Assembly: GCA_002269645.1 (NCBI GenBank)
Contig: NIVC01002306.1
Coordinates: forward strand, 62,001-126,000
From: Macrostomum lignano
Taxonomy: Eukaryota
DNA length: 64,000 bases
Reading direction: 5' to 3'
The notes beneath the pieces were generated by a model. It made no database searches. It saw only the letters and a list, made by a program, of their open reading frames with translations, and was not told the DNA's origin. Of this stretch, positions 10,812 through 47,254 are shown in pieces. Positions within the stretch are counted from its first letter, which is position 1, and every line of letters starts with the position of its first letter. A program made the translations under genes and the position numbers.

Positions 10812-11880
10812 GATCTAGGAGGGGTGTGGAGGCCACAGGCCAAAGGATCTGGGAGGGTGTGGAGGCCACAGGCCAAAGGATCTGGGAGGGTGTGGAGGCC
10901 ACGGGCCAAAGGATCTGGGAGGGTGGAGGCCACAGGCCAAAGGATCTGGGAGGTGGAGACCACAGGCCAAAGGATCTGGGAGGGTGGAGGCCACAGGCCA
11001 AAGGATCTGGGAGGTGGAGACCACAGTCCAAAGGATCTGGGAGGGTGGAGGCCACAGGCCAAAGGATCTGGGAGGGTGGAGACCACAGTCCAAAGGATCT
11101 GGGAGGTGGAGGCCACAGTCCAAAGGATCTGGGAGGGTGGAGGCCACAGGCCAAAGGATCTGGGAGGTGGAGACCACAGGCCAAAGGATCTGGGAGGGTG
11201 TGGAGGCCACAGGCCAAAGGATCTGGGAGGTGGAGACCACAGTCCAAAGGATCTGGGAGGGTGGAGGCCACAGGCCAAAGGATCTGGGAGGATGTGGAGG
11301 CCACAGGCCAAAGGATCTGGGAGGGTGGAGGCCACAGGCCAAAGGATCTGGGAGGTGGAGACCACAGGCCAAAGGATCTGGGAGGGTGGAGGCCACAGGC
11401 CAAAGGATCTGGGAGGTGGAGACCACAGGCCAAAGGATCTGGGAGGGTGGAGGCCACAGGCCAAAGGATCTGGGAGGTGGAGACCACAGTCCAAAGGATC
11501 TGGGAGGGTGGAGGCCACAGGCCAAAGGATCTGGGAGGGTGGAGACCACAGTCCAAAGGATCTGGGAGGTGGAGGCCACAGGCCAAAGGATCTGGGAGGG
11601 TGGAGGCCACAGGCCAAAGGATCTGGGAGGTGGAGACCACAGGCCAAAGGATCTGGGAGGGTGTGGAGGCCACAGGCCAAAGGATCTGGGAGGTGGAGGC
11701 CACAGTCCAAAGGATCTGGGAGGGTGGAGGCCACAGGCCAAAGGATCTGGGAGGTGGAGGCCACAGGCCAAAGGATCTGGGAGGGTGGAGACCACAGTCC
11801 AAAGGATCTGGGAGGTGGAGGCCACAGGCCAAAGGATCTGGGAGGTGGAGGCCACAGGCCAAAGGATCTGGGAGGGTGGA
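10812..11880. repeat. 24-27-bp G-rich minisatellite GGCCAAAGGATCTGGGAGGGTGGAGGCCACA-type
   Basis: Direct inspection; abuts the 19-bp array. Confidence 0.95.
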
Positions 11881-12494
11881 ATTAGTACTCGTAGCAGTAG
11901 ATTTGGTTTTGACCATAGACGGGAAAAGTTAACCGCATAAGTAGATTTTTAAGCATGATTTCAATGAGCTCAAACATTCAATAAAAGTTTTGAAAACTGA
12001 CAGAGGGAGAGTCTGTGAGAGAGGTTACTGCTGGCAGCCTTCTTTGTGTTGATGATGTCTAGGGCCGAACTATCAACTTACTTGGCTTTTTCCGTCTATG
12101 TCTATGGGCACTGGGCACTGGGCCAAAGGCTAATCACCCTAGCCATACACTTTTGTTACTCAATTTATTCAATAAAATACGCAATATTTTCTATACAAGT
12201 TCTAACATGATATATTCAGGATGTAATTTATTGAAAACGAAGCAAACGAGATGAAAATTTAGGATGTAAAGAACAACCTAAAATCTTATTGACTATTTCA
12301 TTAATTAGTACAGACCCACAAGCTAATTCAGAGCCAGGAAAAACAAAAAAGCGAAGTATAAGACAATGCGAAAACTACAGAACTAGAAGGTTTAATCTTT
12401 TTATTTATACTTTAAATTTACCAGCATTAGCTAAACACTCATACTCGTACAACTAGTTCTTAAGCAATAGCTAAATTTTTGTTCACTCTAAATC

Positions 12495-12710
12495 TTGACC
12501 CACTCAGCCCCTGAGCAGCTTGACCCACTCAGCTCAGCCCCTGACCAGCTTGACCCACTCAGACCCTGACCAGCTTGACCCACTCAGACCCTGACCAGCT
12601 TGACCCACTCAGACCCTGACCAGCTTGACCCACTCAGACCCTGACCAGCTTGACCCACTCAGACCCTGACCAGCTTGACCCACTCAGACCCTGACCAGCT
12701 TGACCCAGTC
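12495..12710. repeat. 25-bp lectin-terminal minisatellite, copy 3
   Basis: Same unit as 4921-5600. Confidence 0.9.
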
Positions 12711-13220
12711 CGGGCTGCTCTCGATTTCCGGGTCGACCGGAGCGTCGGCGAACTGCAGCAGGCGGCAGGCGGCCAGCCGGCTGTTGTACAGAGCGCTGCG
12801 GCACCTGCTGCCACACAGGGAGGCTCTGACCAGGCAGGCCTTCAGCGAGGCCACTGGCTGCAGCTCATCGTAGCAGCAGTACGTGTCGCTTCGGGTTCTT
12901 GTGAACTCAGCCGGAGTCCAGTAGCCAGCCGAATAGTTGCCAGCTTGCGGTTCGAACTGGCAGACGAGGCCGATCTTCTTGGTGCGGGGGGGTGTCGCAG
13001 AGTCTCAGCGTCGATAGCCGGGCTCGCAGGCAGTTCTGCTCGGCTCCACCGTTCGGTTAAGCACCCTGCCACAGGCTGAAGTCGCTAGGCAGGACGCCGT
13101 GGCCGTTGATGAGCTGCCAGCCGGCCGTGCTGGTTCCGAACTGGGCCGTGAGGTCGTGAACGCCGACACACATGTCTTTGGCGTAGTCCGCTTCGACCGA
13201 CGCTTTCGCCTCGTATTGAC
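12684..13220 (-). pseudogene. C-type lectin + PAN/apple pseudogene, copy 3 (5' part missing or unrecognised)
   Basis: Reads ...MCVGVHDL...GWQLING...SLWQGA*PNGGAEQNCLR. In-frame TAA at 13059-13057 replaces the E of EPN, and there is a +1 frameshift in the G7 run at 12986-12992. The PAN module and WVKLVRV* end are intact. No signal peptide or first CTLD cysteines found. Confidence 0.75.
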
Positions 13221-14162
13221 CTATTGGAGAGCTTGATCAAGAAAGGCTCAACTGACTTCTGGTAGGTTTTCACACAATTAACACCGCTAAATGATATGCT
13301 TACACAGAAATTGTGGGTAAAATCCGCCATCTGACGGTCGGTAATCGTAGATCGTATAAATCGAAAAGTTGTATTATTTTTTAGCTGCTTCATTGAGAAT
13401 AATTTGCAATACACACTACTTGCACTGCCCCCCGCAACCAATATTTGAAGACTGCACGCCGAACAGTCTAATGAGCGTTATTTTTTTAGAAAGAGAAACA
13501 GGTTTTTCTCAAACTGCGACTAAAAGTGGAAAAAAAGGCAGCAAAAATCTGCACTGCTCTCCTTTTGTGCACCTCATTATATGAGCATTATTGTTGGATA
13601 CAATTGCTAAGCTATGCTTTCCTTTCGTCTTTTCTTGCTATTCGGACTCACCTACAAGCAACTGAGCTGCCAGATTCGATGCTTAGAGGCGAAGGGCCCG
13701 CCTGTCTCCAAGGTGCTCAAACCAATTCAATCTCCATCAGGCCTGACTCCACCCAACAGTCTCTGTCAAGCTCTTTCTCTTCTCTCTCTCTCCCCTCTCT
13801 GACCCTCGTAGCTGGGACAAGCAATATATCATTTTCTAGTGCGTAAAAAACCCACCGTGTTTTCATTTGGTCCTGTTGGGTTCACCTGCGCACTCGGGCA
13901 TGCCTATAAGGCGGTCAGGTTTGTTTGAGTCAAACAGCCAACGAGCTTTGGGAAGGGTTAATTAGCAAGCAAGCTGTACGAGTTTGACTTGCGCGAAGAG
14001 GAGAGGCAGACAGAGAAATTGGAAAGAAGATTGTCAAAACAACATTGAAAATTTAACGCCAAAGCGGTGAAAAAATAGCAGGTACTCATTAAAAATCTAT
14101 GAGCTGCTGAGAATCTGCTCAAATACTGATTGCAATAGTCTGCTGAGGAACAGCGAACGAAA

Positions 14163-37162
<23,000 letters not shown>

Positions 37163-37329
37163 CCGTATTGCCAGGGACAGCAGCAGACTGCTTATTACAA
37201 TGCTTATGACTTTATAAAGAGATGCAAATTTTCAGAGAAAGCTGTTAATTGGTCAAATTGAGTCAAGCCCCGCATGCACGTTTCACTGACTCCTGAGCTG
37301 GTGCGCGTCTGTGCCCTTGGCATTGGCTG

Positions 37330-37582
37330 TCATGGGTCATTGGGTCAGTGTCATTAGGCCAGGATCATTAGGTCAGGGTCATTGGGTCAGGATCATTGGA
37401 TCAGGATCATTGGGTCAGAGTCATTGGGTCAGGGTCACTGGGTCAGGATCATTGGGTCAGGATCATTGGATCAGGATCATTGGGTCAGGGTCATTGGATC
37501 AGGATCATTGGGTCAGGATCATTAGGTCAGGGTCATTAGGTCAGGGTCATTGGGTCAGGATCATTGGGTCAGGGTCATTGAT
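37330..37582. repeat. 14-bp minisatellite GG(G/A)TCATTGGGTCA, same family as 34908
   Basis: Downstream of the WDR49-like stop codon. Confidence 0.9.
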
Positions 37583-38134
37583 CAGGGAATACAGACATTG
37601 CTGCTTCTTTTTCAAACATCCGGAAGGCAGGTAGAATTGAAGCGAATCTTAGTCAATACCAGTGTTTGCCAAGTGTTTCAGCGCCGCATATGTTCTATCG
37701 ATCAGGGGTGAAGTTTGCCTTTCGTGAGGAAAGACAGGGATAAGAATTGATCGCTGGAAACGGTTGTCAATGGCGGGATAATATTTAATTCTAGCAAACA
37801 ATGTTTTTGATTGTTTTACTCAGCCTCAGGTGGGTCCGTGAGCACCGCGCTTGCCTGGGGTTTGCTCAGGAGTAGGTCGAATGGACGGAATTGTCACAGC
37901 TGTATCTGCTATTTTTCTAAGAACTTTGCAGAGTTTCTGTTTCTTTTTTACCTGTAATTTCTATTTGATTTTGCCTAACTTAATAGCAACTTGCTCACAG
38001 TGTTGTGGGCCAGAGTGCCACTAATTTAAATGGTGGAGGTTTTTATGCTTAGAGAAATAAACAAGTGCCGACAGATGGCCTCCGCTCGGATTTTTCAATA
38101 TCCGCAACTTGCTATGCTTAACGGTTGCTCAGTG

Positions 38135-38293
38135 AAGTCAGGACTGGGGGGTCGCCACACACAGCCTCAATTACCCCAGCTAATGCTGGCACCCATTTTA
38201 CAGCTGGGTGAGCTGAATCAATGCAGAGTTAAGTGCCTTGCTCAAGAACAGCACAAATTGTTCCAGTTGGATCGGGAATCGAACCCCCGCCCT
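38135..38293 (-). mobile_element. SINE family A, partial
   Basis: Reverse complement of the B-box and central domain of the 23175 and 34270 copies. Confidence 0.8.
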
Positions 38294-38898
38294 TCTTCAA
38301 TAAACAATGAATCAAAGATATTGCAGCTGCGACTGGGCTGGCATTAAAAAGGACACGAAAGGACACGAGAATTTTCGCTTTTTCGATTACCTTTTAGTAT
38401 TATTTTCAGCTATTAGCCAAGTGAAATGAGACACAACAAGCAGGTGATATAGTTAAGGTGCTTATGCTTAATATTCAGGTGCATCGTCTTTTACTAGTCA
38501 GTACTCGCAATGGAGAAATGTGTGTTAAAGATTTAGAGATTCAGTTTTTCTGGCTCAAAAATAGTTGCAGGTGAGACCAATGCCGCATTAAAGAAGCTTT
38601 CAGAGGTCTAACATTACCAATAATCTTTAGGCGCGACGATAGAGTTTAATGACATGCAGTAAGATATGCCCAGAGAGAATCTCTAGTTTAAGTATGAGTG
38701 CAGCTAAACAGTTCGCACTTTGTAAAATTCATTCTAGATTTCTCAGATATCAACGATTAGCTTTGAGTTCAGTGTAGCTGCTCAAAGTTCCATTAATAAG
38801 AAATTAAGCAGTTCTTCTTTTGTTAATTGCTGCTAATTTTTGTCGGCAAAGTCTGCTCAAAAGTGCCAGCAAAACGCCGCTTGCGATGGTCGAAAATT

Positions 38899-41800
38899 TT
38901 ATGAGCTCCGGTCGCTGTGCACCTGGGCCGCCAGCTCAACGCGGTTGTTCAGCGGCACCAGCTCCACCGACTCGCAGCGGCCGCGAGCCGCCGCCGCCCC
39001 CACCACTGCTGCGCACTCTTCCTTCTCATTGTCGTCGTCATCGGAGCCGACGGCTGGCGACTGTGGTGCGGCGGCCGCGTTGCCGTTGCCGGAGGCGCGC
39101 TTGCTGACAGCCTGGTCAGCTGAGTTCTTCGCGGTGTTCTGCACTACACTGCGGCCCGCATTGGTGCCGCGCCTGGTCCGCTGGGCCAGCTGGATGCCCA
39201 GGAAGCTGGCGAAGGCCTGACGGTAGTTATCGGACACAAATGCGTACACGATGGGGTTCATGCAGCTGTTCATGTAGGCCAGCACCTGCGGAGCGAATAA
39301 ATTGGGGCTTTCATATCTCCGACACTTCACAACTCCGACACTCCACATCTCCGACACTTCACATCTCCGACACTTCACATCTCCGACACTTCACATCTCC
39401 GACACTTCACAACTCCGACACTTCACATCTCCGACACTTCACATCTCCGACACTTCACATCTCCGACACTTCACATCTCCGACACTTCACATCTCCGACA
39501 CTTCATCTCTCCGACACTTCACAACTCCGACACTTTACAACTCCGACACTTTACAACTCCGACACTTCACATCTCCGACACTTCACATCTCCGACACTTT
39601 GTCTCTCCGACACTCCACATCTCCGACACTTCACATCTCCGACACTTCACATATCCGACACTTCACATCTCCGACACTTTACAACTCCGACACTTCACAT
39701 CTCCGACACTTCACATCTCCGACACTTCACATCTCCGACACTTCACAACTCTGACACTTCACATCTCCGAAACTTCACATCTCCGACACTTCACATCTCC
39801 GACACTTCACATCTCCGACACTTCACATCTCCGACACTTCATCTCTCCGACACTTTACAACTCCGACACTTCACATCTCCGACACTCCACATCTCCGACA
39901 CTTCACATCTGCCAAGACCCTGCGCCCCTGCCAAGACCCAAGGCCAATATTTCTGAAAATTCACACGAACATTCGGCATCGATCTCCGTGTCGCAGCCTC
40001 CCTATCGAATAATCTCTCTTGGCCACTAAGTAAGCAACGCATATTTATACAGCACTGTGCCGCTATGGTCTAAATTAATTGTCACCCTGCGATGTGAAAA
40101 CTAGATTAGCTGACAGACCCTGTTGACCTCCATTGCTTTAGCAAACTCAGAAATACTTAGGCGAAATTGTTCAAAGCAAAGCATGCCGTCAAGGAGCCTT
40201 GGCTAGAAAGACTTTGCCTAGAACAGCTCAAGGAAGTAAAAGAAGATAGTTTCTTCTGCATCCGCGCAGCTCAAGCGATGAAGAGAACTGACTAGCTCAC
40301 AATTTCCAGGAACTGAAGTAGCTACAGTTTGAGAACAATAGCCAGCTTCTTTCCTTAGAAATCTGGCTCCGGTATGCGCGCAGGCATTTATAAATTATGC
40401 AGATACTCCTTCCTGTAGCATTTCTTCTACAGCTTGCCAACGCTCTCATCGATTCATGTGACACAATCATCTCGGATAGTTAGTGAAGACAATGGAGTGA
40501 CTGTGTGAACTGAATCATCTCGGATAGTGAGTGAAGACAATGGAGTGACAGTGTGAACTGAATCATCACGAAGAGTGAGTGAAGACAATGGAGTGACAGT
40601 GTGAACTGAATCATCACTCACAGTGAGTGAAAGACAGTGAAGTGACAGTGTTAACTGAATCATCACTCACAGTGAGTGAAAGACAGTGGAGTGACAGTGT
40701 GAACAGAATCATCACTCACAGTGAATGAAAGACAGTGGAGTGACAGTGTGAACAGAATCATCACTCACAGTGAATGAAAGACAGTGGAGTGACAGTGTGA
40801 ACAGAATCATCACCCACAGTGAGTGAAAGACAATGGAGTGACAGTGTGAACAGAATCATCACTCACAGTGAGTGAAAGATAATGGAGTGACAGTGTGAAC
40901 AGAATCATCACTCACAGTGAGTGAAAGAGGATGGAGTGACAGTGTGAACAGAATCATCACTCACAGTGAATGAAAGACAATGGAGTGACAGTGTGAACAG
41001 AATCATCACCCACAGTGAGTGAAAGACAGTGGAGTGACAGTGTGAACAGAATCATCACTCACAGTGAGTGAAAGACAGTGGAGTGACTGTGTGAACAGAA
41101 TAGCCAGAATTCTCTCACCTGCGAAGCCACCTGAAGGTAGCGAAACCACGAGTAGTGGAGATCCCGGTGCCAGTTCTGCAGCGCAAAGATGGCGTGAATC
41201 GGCAGCCAGCAGGTGCCAAAAATGGCCACCACCGTGACAACGGTGCGCGTCACCCGACGCTTCGACCGGGCGGCTTCGCTAGACTGGGCGACGGCGGACG
41301 AGCGGCCGAACATGAGGCGCTTGACCAGCAGCACGTACAGCGTGATGATCACGGCGAACGGCAGCGCGTACCCGAATATGTTGAACGTTGTGTAGAACAC
41401 CCGGCCCAGCGGCCCGAACTCCCCGCTAGCCGGGTCCGTGAAGAACCGACGGCCGATGCAGACGCTCATCTCGCGGAAGCCGCAGTCGTCGACACTGCAG
41501 TTGCCGTAGCGACACCGCTGGACCGGCACAACCGCGGCCTCCATGGCCAGAGGCAGGTGGGCCAGAGCCACTCCCAGCCAGGTGATGGCCACGGCTGCCA
41601 AGGTGTTCCGCTCCGTGCGCCAGGCCATGCTGCGGATGGGGTGCACCACGGCAAGGTACCGGTCGGCGCTCATCAGCACCAGGGTGTACACGCTGCAGTA
41701 CACGGGCACGTACGTGAAGTACTGGAACAGGACGCAGGCAGCGTGGCCGAACACCCAGCTGAACACGTAGAACAGGGCGGTGAATGGCACACAGAGGGTG

Positions 41801-42015
41801 ATGAACAGCAGGTCGGCCACTGCTAGTGAGGTGATGAGGATGTTGGTAGTGCTGCGCATGTTGCTGTTAGCCGCCACCACCGCTATCACTAGGGCGTTGC
41901 CAAGGAGACCGAGCAGCACCACAATGCTGAATAGAATCGGCACCACCGTAGTGAACAGAACAGGGCGCTCCAAGGAGTCGCACTGTGTCAGGTTGGCCAA
42001 CTGTTCCGGGTCCAT
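38899..42015 (-). CDS. Rhodopsin-class neuropeptide GPCR, allatostatin-A/galanin receptor-like (exons 42015-41119 and 39285-38899)
   Basis: Seven TM segments: GLLGNALV, LAVADLLF, DRY, CWLP, then VLAYMNSCMNPIVYAFVSDNYRQAF. Phase-0 intron CAG|GTGAG...CAG|GTG. MRSTTNILI and LAYMNSC are typical of AstA/galanin receptors. Confidence 0.92.
39312..39910. repeat. 16-bp minisatellite CTCCGACACTTCACAT
   Basis: GPCR intron, acceptor side. Confidence 0.95.
40458..41100. repeat. 49-bp minisatellite GTGAGTGAAAGACAGTGGAGTGACAGTGTGAACAGAATCATCACTCACA
   Basis: GPCR intron, donor side. Confidence 0.93.
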
Positions 42016-42019
42016 GGCT

Positions 42020-42885
42020 GGGTGACTGCTCGAATGAGTGGGTGGGTGACTGCTCGAGTGAGTGGGTGAGTGACTGCTCTAGTGAATGGGTGGGTGACTG
42101 CTCGAGTGAGTGGTGGGTGACTGCTCGAGTGAGTGGTGGGTGACTGCTCGAGTGAGTGGGTGGGTGACTGCTCGAGTGAGTGAGTGAGTGACTGCTCGAG
42201 TGAGTGGGTGGGTGACTGCTCGAGTGAATGAGTGAGTGACTGCTCGAGTGAGTGGGTGGGTGACTGCTCTAGTGAATGGGTGGGTGACTGCTCGAGTGAG
42301 TGGTGGGTGACTGCTCGAGTGAGTGGGTGGGTGACTGCTCGAGTGAGTGAGTGAGTGACTGCTCGAGTGAGTGGTGGGTGACTGCTCGAGTGAATGGGTG
42401 GGTGACTGCTCGAGTGAGTGGTGGGTGACTGCTCGAGTGAGTGGGTGAGTGACTGCTCGAGTGAGTGGGTGGGTGACTGCTCGAGTGAGTGAGTGGGTGA
42501 CTGCTCGAGTGAGTGGGTGAGTGACTGCTCGAGTGAGTGGGTGAGTGACTGCTCGAGTGAGTGGGTGAGTGACTGCTCTAGTGAATGGGTGAGTGACTGC
42601 TCGAGTGAGTGCGTGAGTGACTGCTCGAGTGAGTGCGTGAGTGACTGCTCGAGTGAGTGCGTGAGTGACTGCTCGAGTGAGTGGGTGAGTGACTGCTCGA
42701 GTGAGTGGGCGAGTGACTGCTCGAGTGAGTGCGTGAGTGACTGCTCGAGTGAGTGCGTGAGTGACTGCTCGAGTGAGTGCGTGAGTGACTGCTCGAGTGA
42801 GTGCGTGAGTGACTGCTCGAGTGAGTGCGTGAGTGACTGCTCGAGTGAGTGCGTGAGTGACTGCTCGAGTGAGTGGGTGGGTGAC
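42020..42885. repeat. 24-bp minisatellite GACTGCTCGAGTGAGTGGGTGGGT
   Basis: Begins a few bases upstream of the GPCR ATG. Confidence 0.95.
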
Positions 42886-43367
42886 ATGTGAATGGAAAAG
42901 ATTGCCAGACAGACACATTCATGCTCGTTCCTGAGCCAGTTCAGCCCCTCAGCGAAGCAGCTCACGCCAATATTTGCTCCCAATAGAAACGAGCTGCTCA
43001 ATTTTAATCCGTCTGCTCTTGAGACTGCGAATTAAAGTGCCTATTTAATCCAAGATAATCTAACGCGTGCAAGGTGCGCTGAGCGAAGGGGAGCTTTAAA
43101 ACGTCTTGAATCGAGTGAGACCATTTTCCGCACTCGTGTTCAAATTCGTTTCCGAGGGAATTATTGTATCTATGCGTGAATCATGGATGCAATTGATAGA
43201 TACGACCTACAAACAATAGCTTCAATTGTGAAGACTTAGGGACAGTCCGGGACCCTGCGGCCTTAAGCTGTCATTTTGGATTGATTAATTGGAATTTCAT
43301 GGTCTCTTGTCCGTGTGACTAAACTGAAGGACTTTAATAGGACTTTAAGACAATAGTACGTATCAGA

Positions 43368-44363
<996 letters not shown>

Positions 44364-44739
44364 GTAATTCTTTCTGTGAACACAACACGCTAATCTGAAG
44401 CAAGCACTCAGTCATGTAGGTTGACTTATAATTTTTGTTGCATCGCTAACTTAATCAACTGAGGGTTGCAACGCTCTGATCGACCTTGAATTCTTCCCTG
44501 CGTGACTGCACATAAAAATGAGGGTTTACACCGTCGGTGGCAAGTGCTCGTTTGAAAATTGCACTCTTTCTGTTTTCTATATTTGTGCTGCATCTTTCCT
44601 TTTCAAACGCCTCTTCGATAAAATTTTGGCTCAAGAACTCTCAAATCCATGGGTCTTCAAATCAGGACCAGTCACCTTATTCTGGTTCATCTCGTCAATA
44701 CTTATTTTCATGTGTCTCATCCTCACCATGAGATTCTTC

Positions 44740-45525
44740 TCGATCTAATCTCATCCTTACTCCATGTGATTCGTCTCAGTCTAATCTCATACTCTCCATG
44801 AGATTAGTCTTGATCTAATCTCATCCTTACTCCATGTGATTAGTCTCATTCTAATCTCATCCTCTCCATTATATCCGTCTCGATCTAATCTCATTCTCTC
44901 CATGAGATTCGTCTCGATCTAATCTCATCCTCTCCATTATATTCGTCTCGATCTAATTCATCCTCTCCATTATATTCGTCTCGATCTAATCTTATCCTCT
45001 CCATTATATTCGTCTCGATCTAATCTCATCCTCTCCATTATATTCGTCTCGATCTAATCTCATCCTCTCCATTATATTCGTCTCGATCTAATCTCATCCT
45101 CTCCATTATATTCGTCTCGATCTAATCTCATCCTCTCCATCAGATTCGTCTCGATCTAATCTCATCTTCTCCATGAGATTCGTCTCGATCTAATCTCATC
45201 CTTACTCCATGTGATTCGTCCCAATCTAATCTCATCCTCTCCATTATACGAGTATCCGTCTCGATCTAACCTCATCCTCTACATTATATTCGTTTCGATC
45301 TAATCTCATCCTCTCCATTATATTCGTCTCGATCTAATCTCATCCTCTCTATTATATTCGTCTCGATCTAATCTCATCCTCTCCATTATATTCGTCTCGA
45401 TCTAATCTTATCCTCTCCATTAGATTTGTCTCGATCTAATCTCATCCTCTCCATTAGATTTGTCTCGATCTAATCTCATCCTCTCCATTAGATTTGTCTC
45501 GATCTAATCTCATTCTCTCCATGAG
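44740..45525. repeat. ~34-bp minisatellite CGTCTCGATCTAATCTCATCCTCTCCATTATATT
   Basis: Direct inspection. Confidence 0.92.
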
Positions 45526-46244
45526 CTCCGGCTACTCCAACCCAAATCTGAACAAGCCTTGCCTACTTTATTCAAACTGTTTACCCTATACGTGGCCTTT
45601 CTATTTCTAATAAATAATTGCCACCTGTGGATTCACCGAAAAGCCATAATTATAGCCTGTCATAATTCAAACTAATTACTCCTTACTTTAGTTATAAATT
45701 TGGTTCGTCGAGTGAGAAAGAGTGATGGAGCAGGCAAAAGAGAAAAATGAAGCAAAATTTGATTTCTTTCTGCTCCATTATGTTTAAAAATCGATAATTA
45801 ATTAGACATTTTTTCAAAGACTTCAACTTTCATAATCTGCCAGCTGCTTTCAGGAGACGGGCAGGCAGACAGGTGCCTCTCTGTACGGACGCGATTATAA
45901 TTTGGCAGCTTTTAGTCAGGCAGGTTCTGCCATCGCTTCTAAAAGCAATAATCTCCTGTACTCGCGGCTACGTCAGCCCCTGTTTGACAGTCTATATTTA
46001 ACTCCAGCTCTGGCGCCTCATCTCATCGCCCAGTCCAAGTCTGTGACAGCTTAGAGCAGACAGAGGCGTCAGTATAGTTCTGAATATCCCAGACTTTTTT
46101 ATTGTGCTCAGGCCTGAAAGTCGTGAAGCAAATACTGCCTAAAATTTTGAGGCGGCTTTTTTGGCATGAACTTTTAACTTTTATTGCAAGAATCCTTACC
46201 ACTTGTCCCTTGGAATCATCATCTTATCTTCCTCCATAGAATCT

Positions 46245-46490
46245 CACCTCAACTCTATAGAATCTCACCTCAACTGTATAGAATCTCACCTCAACTGTAT
46301 AGAATCTCACCTCAACTCTATAGAATCTCACCTCAACTCTATAGAATCTCACCTCAACTCTATAGAATCTCACCTCAACTCTATAGAATCTCACCTCATC
46401 TCTATAGAATCTCACCTAAACTCTATAGAATCTCACCTCAACTCCATAGAATTTCGCCTGAACTCTATAGAATCTCACCTCTATTTCGTA
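46245..46490. repeat. 21-bp minisatellite ATAGAATCTCACCTCAACTCT
   Basis: Direct inspection. Confidence 0.92.
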
Positions 46491-47088
46491 GAATCACACT
46501 AAAACTTACTAGAATCTGATCTAAAGTCTACAGAACCTCTCCTCAACTTGCCTCTCTACAAGGATTAGCTAGCTCTACAAGCAGACTGTATTAGAATCAA
46601 TCTCATAATTCATTTCAAATCTTGCTGCACCAAAAGGGAGAAAAGAACTCCCTGCTGAGCAGCTTATGTCTCACTCAGCTTCAGCTTCCGGCATGAGTTC
46701 CTTCCTGCATCCAGTTGCTTTGAACTTGCGAATTATTTTATTACCATCTCGGCATTGCTTCTGAGGATTCTTAATGCAGAACCTCGGCAGTAAATTAAAC
46801 TGAAGCAGTTTGCCAACAATATTTCCTGCAAAAGTTTACTACAGCAAGTCGGTGCCATTGGTGCTGGGGGGGGGGGGTGGCAGCCCGCCTGTTTGAGCTG
46901 CGCTCCCTGAGAATAGTTGCCCCTGATTGAGGCTCTTGACCTCCAGCAGAGACAGGGCTGGTGGCCTCCGTGCGCCCCAGGCCTTCTCTCCGACTCCTGC
47001 TTCAATCTATTTGGCGCTTGCTTAATTTAGCACTTTTCTGCATCATTTCTGGCTGCTCAACTCAAACTGACAGGCAAACTGAGCTTAC

Positions 47089-47254
<166 letters not shown>

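Noticed and set aside
10771-11940. Six overlapping ORFs of 318-381 aa
   Set aside because: All frames on both strands are open because the G-rich unit has no stop codon.
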